From: a bacterium
GTDB taxonomy: Bacteria > JAHJDO01
NCBI GenBank assembly: GCA_043824255.1
Contig: JBDRTG010000039.1
Location: forward strand, 1-41,035
Length of the DNA stretch: 41,035 bases
Direction: 5' to 3'
The translations under genes and the position numbers were made by a program. Of the stretch, positions 18,526 to 27,656 are shown piece after piece (positions within the stretch are counted from its first letter, which is position 1; every line of letters starts with the position of its first letter). Below the pieces are notes generated by a model. The model was not told the DNA's origin, ran no database searches, and worked only from the letters and a program-made list of their open reading frames with translations.

Positions 18526-19539
18526 GTGGATACTATTAAGATCATACAAATCGGATTAGGCCCTCTTGGTCAAAAAATTACAAAATACATTCTGGAAAGA
18601 AGAGGACTTAAAATTGCAGGAGCAGTAGACTCTGCACCTGATAAGGCAGGCAGGGATTTAGGAGAGCTCTGTTCTATCGACAAACTGGGTATACAGATTT
18701 CTAAGTCACTGGATGTTGCAATGGGGAATTCGAAGCCTGATGTTGCCTTATTGACCACGGTCTCAGATATGGAAAGAATTACCCCGCAGATTGAAGAAAT
18801 CCTATCATACAAAATCCCAATTGTTTCTACTTGCGAAGAATTATCATTTCCATGGGAGACCTCTCCTGAACTGGCAAAAAGGATTGATGAAGCAGCAAAG
18901 TCCCACAATGTTTCAGTTCTTGGGACAGGTGTAAACCCTGGATTTCTTATGGATTTTCTGCCAATTGCAATGACAGGAGTTTGCCAGGATGTTAAAAGCA
19001 TAAAGGTTTCAAGAATACAGGATGCTTCCTTTAGGAGAATTCCGTTTCAGAAAAAGATAGGTGCTGGACTTACTCTGGAAGAATTTGAGAATAAAAGAAA
19101 GTCCGGTACTCTGCGCCATGTCGGGCTTAGGGAATCAATGCATATGATTGCAAGCAAGATGGGATGGAAACTCTCTAGGACAGAGGATATTCTTACTCCT
19201 GTAGTCGCAGAGCACGATATAAAAACAGATGTTATGAAGATATCCAAGGGTATGGCTCGAGGAGTCCAGCAGATTGGCAAGGGTTATGTTAACGGAGAAC
19301 AACTGATTACCCTTGAGTTCAGAGCAGCTATTGAAGAGAAAAACCCGCATGATACAATCCAAATAAAAGGAACTCCAGATATAACCTCAACAATAAAGGG
19401 AGGCATTAACGGAGATATAGCCACATGTGCTGTAACTATAAATGCCATAAACTCAATTCTTAATACAACCCCTGGTCTCAAAACAATGGCAAATGTACCG
19501 GTGGTTTCTTTTTTTGACAGCTTGGAAAGGATTTCTTAA
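18526..19539 (+). CDS. 2,4-diaminopentanoate dehydrogenase (Ord)/DapB-like NAD(P)-dependent amine dehydrogenase
   Basis: IGLGPLG, STCEEL, GTGVNPGF.MD, GHVG-like RHVG, GDIAT. Confidence 0.8.
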   Translation: MDTIKIIQIGLGPLGQKITKYILERRGLKIAGAVDSAPDKAGRDLGELCSIDKLGIQISKSLDVAMGNSKPDVALLTTVSDMERITPQIEEILSYKIPIVSTCEELSFPWETSPELAKRIDEAAKSHNVSVLGTGVNPGFLMDFLPIAMTGVCQDVKSIKVSRIQDASFRRIPFQKKIGAGLTLEEFENKRKSGTLRHVGLRESMHMIASKMGWKLSRTEDILTPVVAEHDIKTDVMKISKGMARGVQQIGKGYVNGEQLITLEFRAAIEEKNPHDTIQIKGTPDITSTIKGGINGDIATCAVTINAINSILNTTPGLKTMANVPVVSFFDSLERIS

Positions 19540-19541
19540 TT

Positions 19542-20393
19542 ATGATATGTTTGACTGGTGATATCCATCATGCTTCATTAAACACAAACGAGCAGAAATA
19601 TATAGAAAGTCCGGATGACTCTGAGGTTAAGATATCATGTAGATATCTTAACCTTATGGAGAAATACGGAATAAAAGCAACCTTTTATGTAGTGGGAAAA
19701 ACACTTGATGAAGAGTGGGATGATTTTAAACCAATAGCAGATTCGGAGCTAGTGGAAATTGGCGGTCACACTTATAGAGGATTGCCTCTCAGCAATCTTT
19801 ACAGGATATGGTGTAAGATTAGAGGAAAAACACCTGTATCGCACAGCTATACACATGGTTCCCGCCTGCAGCAGAAAAAAGACATACAGAAGATGATAGA
19901 TGTGGTAAAGGCTAGAACTGGTAAGAATATTGTATCATGGCGCAGTCACGGTCTGGTTTTTGATGACGACACCTATCCACTGCTCACAGAGATGGGGGTC
20001 CTGATGATTTCCGATGATCTGAACTGGGACAAAATCCATCCTGAAAAAACCAAAGATGGGTTGATTTCTCATCCCATGAATGTCATCATGGACCATGATC
20101 ATATCTATCATGCTCATAGGACAAAAGAATATGTTAACAGGATGAAGGAAAACTGGCCCTGGCCTGATGACCCCACAACTGACTCGTATACAATCGAAGA
20201 GTGGGGCAGGATGGTTGAGAAGCAGGTTCTTGATATTGAGGAAAAAGGAGGTATTGCAACAGTTCTCATGCATCCTTTATGTATGCATCTTGCAGATAGA
20301 TTCAGGACTGCTGAGAAACTTTTTAAACTCTTTTCTCAATATAAGACTATATGGGCGCAAGAAATTCCTGAGTATCTAAAAAACGGAGTTTAA
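19542..20393 (+). CDS. Polysaccharide deacetylase (CE4/NodB-like) family protein
   Basis: CLTGDIH, KATFYVVG, EIGGHTY, WRSHG, LMHP. Confidence 0.75.
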   Translation: MICLTGDIHHASLNTNEQKYIESPDDSEVKISCRYLNLMEKYGIKATFYVVGKTLDEEWDDFKPIADSELVEIGGHTYRGLPLSNLYRIWCKIRGKTPVSHSYTHGSRLQQKKDIQKMIDVVKARTGKNIVSWRSHGLVFDDDTYPLLTEMGVLMISDDLNWDKIHPEKTKDGLISHPMNVIMDHDHIYHAHRTKEYVNRMKENWPWPDDPTTDSYTIEEWGRMVEKQVLDIEEKGGIATVLMHPLCMHLADRFRTAEKLFKLFSQYKTIWAQEIPEYLKNGV

Positions 20394-20412
20394 CTATAGG
20401 AGTTTAATTACT

Positions 20413-21237
20413 ATGAATTCTAAACGATTTGAAGATTACAAAAAACTGGCTACTCAAATCAGAGTTGATGTTCTTAAGATGATATATAAGGCAAAAAGCG
20501 CTCATATAGGCGCTTCTTTTTCAATGGCAGACATACTTGCAGTGCTGTACGGAGGCATCATGAAGATAAATCCGTCTGATCCCAAATGGGAAGAGCGTGA
20601 TAGATATATCCAGAGCAAGGGACATGCAGCAGCAGGTCTTTATGCAGCGCTTGGGGAAAAAGGGTTTTTCCCAAGGGATTGGCTGGGAACCTATTATCAG
20701 GATGGAGGACATCTCATGGGGCATGTATGGCACAAAGTCCCTGGAGTAGATGTATCCAGTGGTGCTTTAGGTCATGGACTTTCCATAGCATGTGGAATGG
20801 CGATTAATGGAAAATATAGGAAGAAACAATATCGGGTTTTTGTTATGCTCAGTGATGGAGAATGTGATGAGGGTTCGGTCTGGGAAGCAGTTATGTTTGC
20901 TCCGCAGCATAAACTTGATAATCTTATCGCCATAGTTGATTATAATAAGATTCAAGCGCTTGGCACAGTAAAGGATGTTCTTGATTTAGCTCCTCTTGCA
21001 GACAAATGGAGAGCGTTCAACTGGTCGGTGAAAGAAGTGGACGGACATAATTATAAAGAGCTTGATGATGCATTATCAAGTGTTCCTTTTGAACAGGGAA
21101 AGCCAAGCTGCATTATAGCTAATACAGTAAAAGGAAAGGGTGTAAGTTATATGGAAAATAAAGTAGAGTGGCATTATAAAAGTCCGGATGAAGGACAACT
21201 AAAACAAGCTTTTTCAGAATTAGGGGTGACGGAATGA
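20413..21237 (+). CDS. Transketolase, N-terminal TPP-binding subunit
   Basis: SKGHA, GALGHGL, SDGECDEG..WEA, TVKGKG, WH. Confidence 0.92.
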   Translation: MNSKRFEDYKKLATQIRVDVLKMIYKAKSAHIGASFSMADILAVLYGGIMKINPSDPKWEERDRYIQSKGHAAAGLYAALGEKGFFPRDWLGTYYQDGGHLMGHVWHKVPGVDVSSGALGHGLSIACGMAINGKYRKKQYRVFVMLSDGECDEGSVWEAVMFAPQHKLDNLIAIVDYNKIQALGTVKDVLDLAPLADKWRAFNWSVKEVDGHNYKELDDALSSVPFEQGKPSCIIANTVKGKGVSYMENKVEWHYKSPDEGQLKQAFSELGVTE

Positions 21238-22163
21238 GACCTGCATTTAATAAAACACTTGTTGAATTAGCAAGAGAGGATAAACGTATATTTCTGGTGT
21301 TGGCGGATATCGGGTTCAACGCAATAGAGCCGTTTGCAAACGAATTCCCTGACAGATTTTTTAACGTAGGTGTAGCCGAGCAGAATATGACAGGTATAGC
21401 GTGCGGTCTGGCTCTGGAAGGCAACATTGTTTTTACTTATACAATAGGGAATTTTGTGAGCATTAGGTGTCTTGAACAGGTGCGCAATGATGTATGTTAT
21501 CACAATGCAAATGTCAAAATTATAGCAATAGGCGGTGGTGTTGCCTATGGAGCGCTGGGCTCCTCGCATCATTGCGAACAGGATCTGGCGATTATGAGGT
21601 CATTGCCAAACTTAATAGTTCTCTCTCCTGGAGATGCTGTTGAAACAAAACTTCTAACGCGTGCAATAGCAGCACATAACGGACCGTGCTATATGAGAGT
21701 TGGAAGGGGTAAAGAGGTTGTGGTTCATCAAAGTGACCCGGACCTGCAGATTGGTAAAGCAATTACTATGCGAGAGGGAAATGACTTAACATTAATTTCA
21801 ACAGGAGATATGCTGCCCTACGTAGTTGAAGCGTCAGGAAAGTTGAAACAAAATGGTATCAAAGCACGTGTCTTGAGCATGCATACAATTAAGCCATTGG
21901 ATAAAGAAGCTGTGATATCTGCTGCAAGCCGGACAGGCGCTATTATAACAGTAGAGGAACACAATATACTGGGTGGTCTGGGTGGCGCAGTGGCAGAAGT
22001 TCTCGCTGAGTCTGATTGTCCTAAAGTCCCTTTCAAGAGAATGGGTTTAAATGATGCATTCTGCAAGAAAATTGGTTCCCAGAAATACCTGAGGAAGGAA
22101 TATGGTTTATCAATTGAGGATATTGTAAATACAGCAACTTCAGTTACTGGTAAAAAGCAATAA
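21234..22163 (+). CDS. Transketolase, C-terminal subunit
   Basis: NVGVAEQNM, EQVRND, G.SHH, TIKPLD, VEEH...GGLG; ATGA overlap with the preceding gene. Confidence 0.92.
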   Translation: MRPAFNKTLVELAREDKRIFLVLADIGFNAIEPFANEFPDRFFNVGVAEQNMTGIACGLALEGNIVFTYTIGNFVSIRCLEQVRNDVCYHNANVKIIAIGGGVAYGALGSSHHCEQDLAIMRSLPNLIVLSPGDAVETKLLTRAIAAHNGPCYMRVGRGKEVVVHQSDPDLQIGKAITMREGNDLTLISTGDMLPYVVEASGKLKQNGIKARVLSMHTIKPLDKEAVISAASRTGAIITVEEHNILGGLGGAVAEVLAESDCPKVPFKRMGLNDAFCKKIGSQKYLRKEYGLSIEDIVNTATSVTGKKQ

Positions 22164-22175
22164 GGAGAGAGGAAG

Positions 22176-23210
22176 ATGGCATATTCAGGGGTTCTGGAAG
22201 ACATAAAAGCATGTGTTAATCTAGGTATTCCAAAAAAAGTCCCGATTTTTGCTCTGGCAGAACTTTTTAATGTGCGAATGGCTGGAATAAACTATGAAGA
22301 ATATACCTACAATGTTGATAAGCTGGTTAAGTGCGAAGTAGAGGCTGTAAGACGATTTGATTATGATTGGGTCTATCTTAATCCGGATGATAATATGGAA
22401 TTCGAGCCCCTTGGAGTAAAGACAAAGGGAGAGGAAAATGTTCCCTTAGGTGCATATGAGTTTTTGTCTGCTTCATGGGATACACTTAAAACTTTAAAAC
22501 TCCCTGATTTCCAGCGCGATGGAAGAATGCCTGCTTTTCTTGAGGCAATAAGCAGGATTAAAGAAGAGTTAAAAGATACCATTTGTCTTTGTGGCAGGGT
22601 AGCTGCTCCATTCAGCTCAGTAGCATTATTATATGGAGTAGAAAAGGCGTTAGTGCTTTTTTTAGAGAATCCCGAATTGTTTAAAAAGACAGCAGATTTC
22701 TTTGTTGAACTTATGAGTGAATGGGGGAAAGCCCAAATTCAGGCCGGAGCAGATGCTATCTGGGTGGGAGATTGCGTTGCTTCCTCTGGTTTTATCTCTC
22801 CCAAACACTATTCTGAATTTGCTGCTGAAGGAGCATTGAAATTAAATACAGCGTTGAAAAAAGATGGGGCACTCATTTTCTATCATGCTGGGGAGTCGTC
22901 TCTTCCGCATCTTGAATTAATGGCTGATACGCATCCTGATGCCCTTAGTATAGGCGGAGGGATAGATATTAAGGAAGCTAAGGAGGCCTTAGGCAAAAGA
23001 GTTTGCCTGCTTGGCAATATTCACGGCATCAAAACATTACAACGAGGCAGTCCTGAATATGTAGAAAAAGAGACCATAAGAATTATGGAAAGCGGCAAGA
23101 AAAATGGCGGTTATATATTCAATTCTGAAGAAGGTATTGCTTTTCAAACGCCAGAGCAAAATATAAGAATAACGATGCAGACTGCTAAGAAATATGGCAG
23201 TTATAAATAG
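22176..23210 (+). CDS. Uroporphyrinogen decarboxylase / MtaA-CmuA methyltransferase superfamily protein
   Basis: GRMP..LEA, APFS, AQIQAGAD, CLLGNI, GGYIFNS...TP.QN. Confidence 0.85.
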   Translation: MAYSGVLEDIKACVNLGIPKKVPIFALAELFNVRMAGINYEEYTYNVDKLVKCEVEAVRRFDYDWVYLNPDDNMEFEPLGVKTKGEENVPLGAYEFLSASWDTLKTLKLPDFQRDGRMPAFLEAISRIKEELKDTICLCGRVAAPFSSVALLYGVEKALVLFLENPELFKKTADFFVELMSEWGKAQIQAGADAIWVGDCVASSGFISPKHYSEFAAEGALKLNTALKKDGALIFYHAGESSLPHLELMADTHPDALSIGGGIDIKEAKEALGKRVCLLGNIHGIKTLQRGSPEYVEKETIRIMESGKKNGGYIFNSEEGIAFQTPEQNIRITMQTAKKYGSYK

Positions 23211-23223
23211 AAAGGATTTCATT

Positions 23224-24258
23224 ATGACCTCAAGAGAACGAGTTTTTGCCGCATTAGAAGGTAGAAGGCCTGACAGGGTACCTATAATGGAACTGGTTGT
23301 GGATCAAAAGGTTATACAGGCAATTCATCATGGCATCTCATACTATGATTTTATTGAAGAAATAGGTTTTGATGTTGTATGTGTAGGCATGAGCACAGAT
23401 ACCAGTAAAATAGAATGGATTGATAAGGACAAAAAAATATTCAAGGGTAAATGGGGAGAGACAAGAGCCTTTACAACAGAAGTTAAGGCAGTTCCAATAC
23501 CACCATATCCCATACAAACAGAGAAAAACCTAAAATCATATACGCCTCCTGACCCTAATGATCCTAACGCGTTGGGTGATCTTAGGGAAGTTGTCAGGAG
23601 ATTCAAGGGCAAAAGGGCTATTGCCTGGGTTGGAGGAGGCGTTTTTGCTCCACAGCAGTATCTAAGGGGAGTAGAAGAATTACTTATGGATTATGTATTG
23701 AATCCTCAACTGGTTAAGAAGCTCGCAAAAATCGGAGAAGAATATTATATTGAGTTACACAGAAGGGTCATAAAAGAAGGAGTGGATATTGTAATTCTTG
23801 GAGATGATTATGCCGGTAAAACAGGGCCTATGATGTCTCCAGCGCATTTTGAAAGTTTTATACTACCGGGATTGACTGCTATTGTTAAAGAGATAAAAAA
23901 AGCAGGAGCTTATTGTATCAAGCATACGGACGGGAATATATGGAAAATTATTGACATGATTGTCAAAACGGGTGTTGATGCGATTGGTCCGGTAGAGATC
24001 GGTGCTGAAATGGAGCTTGATAAGATTAAGGAAAAGTATGATATTTGTGTAGTTGGTAATGTGGATATAGATCTTCTTTCGCGTGGAACGGTTGAGGAAG
24101 TCATTGAAGCGACAAAAGAGTGCATCAAAAAAGGAGCCTCTCGGGGAGGACATATTCTTTCGTCTGCTAATAGTATTATTTCTGTAGTTAATCCTGATAA
24201 TTTTTTGGCAATGGTTAATACAGCTAAGGAGTTTGGTAAATATCCAATAGATATATAA
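23224..24258 (+). CDS. Second UroD/MtaA-superfamily protein
   Basis: MTSRERV..ALEG..PDRVP, LRGVE, GDD, HTDG, GNVD, GGHILSS.NS; ATG 23224 follows an AAGGA RBS. Confidence 0.87.
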   Translation: MTSRERVFAALEGRRPDRVPIMELVVDQKVIQAIHHGISYYDFIEEIGFDVVCVGMSTDTSKIEWIDKDKKIFKGKWGETRAFTTEVKAVPIPPYPIQTEKNLKSYTPPDPNDPNALGDLREVVRRFKGKRAIAWVGGGVFAPQQYLRGVEELLMDYVLNPQLVKKLAKIGEEYYIELHRRVIKEGVDIVILGDDYAGKTGPMMSPAHFESFILPGLTAIVKEIKKAGAYCIKHTDGNIWKIIDMIVKTGVDAIGPVEIGAEMELDKIKEKYDICVVGNVDIDLLSRGTVEEVIEATKECIKKGASRGGHILSSANSIISVVNPDNFLAMVNTAKEFGKYPIDI

Positions 24259-24275
24259 ACTATGGGAGATTCAAA

Positions 24276-25655
24276 ATGAGTGATGAAAGACTTACAAAAG
24301 AACAAATTAAGCAGTTTAAAAATGATGCGTTGCGCTATGTGTGTCCGCATGCCGCTAAGAACGATGAACTGCTTATAAATGGTCCCAAGATATTTACAAG
24401 AGGAGAAGGCTGTTATGTGTATGATATAGAAGGCAGGAAATACCTTGATACATTCGCAACACTGCTTACAACAATATGCGGACATAATCGGCCGGAGGTA
24501 AGGCAGGCAGTAACTGAACAAATGAAGAAACTGGAGTTTTTCCCCAATTATGTGGATAGCTTCACCCTGCCTCTTATCAAGCTGGCAAAGAAACTGGCAG
24601 AAATTACACCAGGAGATCTTTCAGTATCTTTCTTTGTCAACAGCGGTTCAGAGGCTAATGAAACAGCTATAAAGATAGCCAAGCAATATCAACTGGAGAC
24701 AGGAAAACCTAAAAAGTGGAAAATTATTGCAAGAAGATTCTCCTATCATGGGACAACCTTAGGCGCTGCATCAGCTACAGGTTTACCTTCATATAAGAAA
24801 TATTTTGAGCCATTGATGCCTGGATTTATATTTGCAAATGCTGCTCGCGACTATGAGCGTCAGGAAGATATGAGTTCGAAAGAATACGGAAAAGTCTGTC
24901 TTAAAGAACTAGATGATTTAATGCAATTTGAAACACCAGAAACAATCGCAGGTATGATAATGGATCCTGTGCCCGGATCAAATACGGCATATCCGCTTCC
25001 GCCTGAAGGATATCTGCAAGGCGTACGAGAACTCTGTAATAAATATGGAATAGTGCTAATATTTGATGAGGTTCAGACAGGATTTGCTAAAACAGGAAAA
25101 ATGTTCGCATGTGAACACTGGGATGTAACACCTGATATTATAACTCTTGGCAAGGGCTTTACAGGCGGGTTTGCTCCTTTAGGCGCTGCTGTAATGACAG
25201 AAAAAATATATAAGGTATTTAAGAGAGTTGGACATGAGCTGCGCAGCGGAAGCACATTCGGCGGACATACCCTGGCCTGTACAGCAACCCTGGCTAATAT
25301 AGATATAATTGAGAAAGAAAATCTCGTAGAAAAAGCCGCTGAGATGGGGAAATATTTAAGAGAAGGGTTGGAGAAGTTGTATAAACACTCTATTGTAGGC
25401 GATGTTTGTGGGATAGGAATGCTTCTGGCAGTAAAACTGGTATCTAATAAAAAGGCAAAAACTCCTCTGGACCCGGAACTCAAAGTAGGTAAATGGATAA
25501 GAGAACGATGCTGGCAGCTTGGAATGATACTGCGTAATAATGGAGACATTCTTGTTATTGCTCCATCTCTTATTCTATCTAAGAACGAAGCAGATATCCT
25601 GCTCAAAAAGACTGACCAAGCAATTTCTGACGCAATGAAACACTTTAAATTTTAA
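24276..25655 (+). CDS. PLP aminotransferase class III (omega-amine/BioA-like)
   Basis: NSGSEANETA.K, SYHG, FDEVQTGF.KTG, PDIITLGKG. Confidence 0.92.
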   Translation: MSDERLTKEQIKQFKNDALRYVCPHAAKNDELLINGPKIFTRGEGCYVYDIEGRKYLDTFATLLTTICGHNRPEVRQAVTEQMKKLEFFPNYVDSFTLPLIKLAKKLAEITPGDLSVSFFVNSGSEANETAIKIAKQYQLETGKPKKWKIIARRFSYHGTTLGAASATGLPSYKKYFEPLMPGFIFANAARDYERQEDMSSKEYGKVCLKELDDLMQFETPETIAGMIMDPVPGSNTAYPLPPEGYLQGVRELCNKYGIVLIFDEVQTGFAKTGKMFACEHWDVTPDIITLGKGFTGGFAPLGAAVMTEKIYKVFKRVGHELRSGSTFGGHTLACTATLANIDIIEKENLVEKAAEMGKYLREGLEKLYKHSIVGDVCGIGMLLAVKLVSNKKAKTPLDPELKVGKWIRERCWQLGMILRNNGDILVIAPSLILSKNEADILLKKTDQAISDAMKHFKF

Positions 25656-25681
25656 ACTAATTTTTAAGAAGGGAAATAACA

Positions 25682-26959
25682 ATGAATGTATTACTAATCA
25701 TGCCTGATGCTCTTAGAGCCACCAACCTCGGCTGTTGTGGTTATTCTAAAAACACCTCTCCGTTTATGGATAAACTGGCAAAGGAGAGCGTTGTATTTAA
25801 AAACGCAATTGCTCAAACTGCGCATACTCATCCAGGTGTCGTTTCTATTTATACGGGACTCTATCCCACCACTCACTGCCAACAAACGCCTAAAGACTTT
25901 GCTGAATTTGCAAAAACAGGCTGGAATAGTGAATGGAGAAACACGGAACTCAGAAAGAAATGGAAAGCGCCTCTTAACATACTTAAAGAACGTGGTTATA
26001 CAACAGGCGGGAAACATGCTGATTCATGGTGGCCTCTGGGATACTCAATAGAAACAGATAAGATATTAAATAAACTCATAGAGGATAAGATAGGCAGACC
26101 GTTCTTTATGATGTGTGTGCCGTATTACACACATATTGCATACAACGCTGTGCCTGATTATGACAAACTGTTCTTATCTGAGGGTGACAAACTTACTGAT
26201 AACTTTAGAAAATATGCAGAAATGATAAAAACAACAGGTCATGGGTATATATTAAATTCAGAATTTGTTGGTAAAAAATATCAGGAAGCAAAAACAGCTA
26301 CTTCATGGAAAGTATTTACCTTATCCGAGGAAGATAGACCGTCTATAATGGCTCTGTACGACGGAGCAGTAAGAAATCTGGATATGGAAATAGAAAAACA
26401 TGTGAAAAAGCTGGAGGAATTAGGCATCTTAGATGATACATTAATTATCATAACTCCAGATCATGGGGAAGAAATATTAGAAAGGGGATCATTAGGCCAT
26501 TCATCCTGTTCAATGGCAGGGACCCTGTATGACGAAAACATAAGAATTCCTCTTATCATGAGATATCCAAAGGCATTGCCGCAGGGCAGGGTAATAGAAA
26601 CTCAGGTAAGTCAGGTGGATATAATGCCTACAATATTTGATATATTAGGTTATTCTATGCCTGAACTTACGGAAGGGCATTCGCTCTTACCGCTTATTAG
26701 AGGGAAAGACATTGATTTTAAAGAAGAAACCCATTGTGAAACATTAGTTTGCGGCATGCAGACTCTGGATTGGGATAAAAGAATGAAGTGGGCCCTCAGA
26801 ACACCGCAGTGGAAGCTTATATACAGTCAGTATCCAGAGGGCAATTATTACGAACTGTATAATCTAAAAAATGACCCGGAAGAGAAAGTAAATCTCATTG
26901 ATAAAGAACCAAAAATTGCAAACGAATTAAAAAAGAAACTCAGAAAAAGGAGAGTCTAA
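25682..26959 (+). CDS. Sulfatase/alkaline-phosphatase superfamily hydrolase with non-canonical active-site motif
   Basis: NVLLIMPDALRA, THPGVVSIYTGLYP in place of CxPxR, DHGE, ELYNLKNDPEE..NL. Confidence 0.85.
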   Translation: MNVLLIMPDALRATNLGCCGYSKNTSPFMDKLAKESVVFKNAIAQTAHTHPGVVSIYTGLYPTTHCQQTPKDFAEFAKTGWNSEWRNTELRKKWKAPLNILKERGYTTGGKHADSWWPLGYSIETDKILNKLIEDKIGRPFFMMCVPYYTHIAYNAVPDYDKLFLSEGDKLTDNFRKYAEMIKTTGHGYILNSEFVGKKYQEAKTATSWKVFTLSEEDRPSIMALYDGAVRNLDMEIEKHVKKLEELGILDDTLIIITPDHGEEILERGSLGHSSCSMAGTLYDENIRIPLIMRYPKALPQGRVIETQVSQVDIMPTIFDILGYSMPELTEGHSLLPLIRGKDIDFKEETHCETLVCGMQTLDWDKRMKWALRTPQWKLIYSQYPEGNYYELYNLKNDPEEKVNLIDKEPKIANELKKKLRKRRV

Positions 26960-26961
26960 AC

Positions 26962-27636
26962 ATGCAAGCAAAAGTTTATGAATGTCTTTATATCAACGAG
27001 AAAATGAAGATTGATGGACTATTAAATGAGAAGGCATGGCAAAAAGCTAAAATACTGGATTTCTATATACCTGTCACACATAAAAAATCAATAAGTAAAA
27101 CAGAGGCTAGACTACTCTGGGACGATAAGTATTTATATGTAGGATTTAAAGCCTACGATAAGGATATATGGGGATATTTTAAGGATAGAGATGACCCAAC
27201 ATACATAGAGGATGTTTTAGAAGTTTTCCTTAAGACGGATTTTAAAAAAGAGCCGTATTATAATTTTGAGATTAACGCTTTAGGTACTGTCTACGATGCA
27301 TTTAACATAAAAAGAAATGCTGGAGGAGAAGATCATCACAGATGGAGTAAATGGAACTGTAAAGGACTAAAAGTTGGAATAAAAATCAAAGGGACTTTAA
27401 ATAACTGTGAAGATGTAGATGAATACTGGCAGATGGAAGCAGCAATTCCTTTTGCAAGTTTACCAACACTGAAAGTAAAAACTCCAAAGAATAAAGACCA
27501 ATGGCTGTTCCATTTAGCCCGCTACGACTATTCTGTATATCTTCCCAAAGGAGTAGAGCTGAGTTCGTGCTCTAAGTTATCAGAGGTTAATTTCCATAAA
27601 TACGAAGACTGGATGAGCTTGAAATTCGTAAGATAG
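26962..27636 (+). CDS. Stand-alone CBM9-like protein, no signal peptide
   Basis: IDGLLNEKAW, LWDDKYLYVGF, DVLEVF, FEINALG, W.MEAAIPF. Confidence 0.82.
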   Translation: MQAKVYECLYINEKMKIDGLLNEKAWQKAKILDFYIPVTHKKSISKTEARLLWDDKYLYVGFKAYDKDIWGYFKDRDDPTYIEDVLEVFLKTDFKKEPYYNFEINALGTVYDAFNIKRNAGGEDHHRWSKWNCKGLKVGIKIKGTLNNCEDVDEYWQMEAAIPFASLPTLKVKTPKNKDQWLFHLARYDYSVYLPKGVELSSCSKLSEVNFHKYEDWMSLKFVR

Positions 27637-27656
27637 AAAAAAATCAGGATGCCTGT

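Noticed and set aside
23910..25606. Long minus-strand ORFs (203 aa, 177 aa) and other short nested ORFs across the window
   Set aside because: Antisense or alternate-frame shadows of well-supported genes, with no recognisable motifs or RBS.
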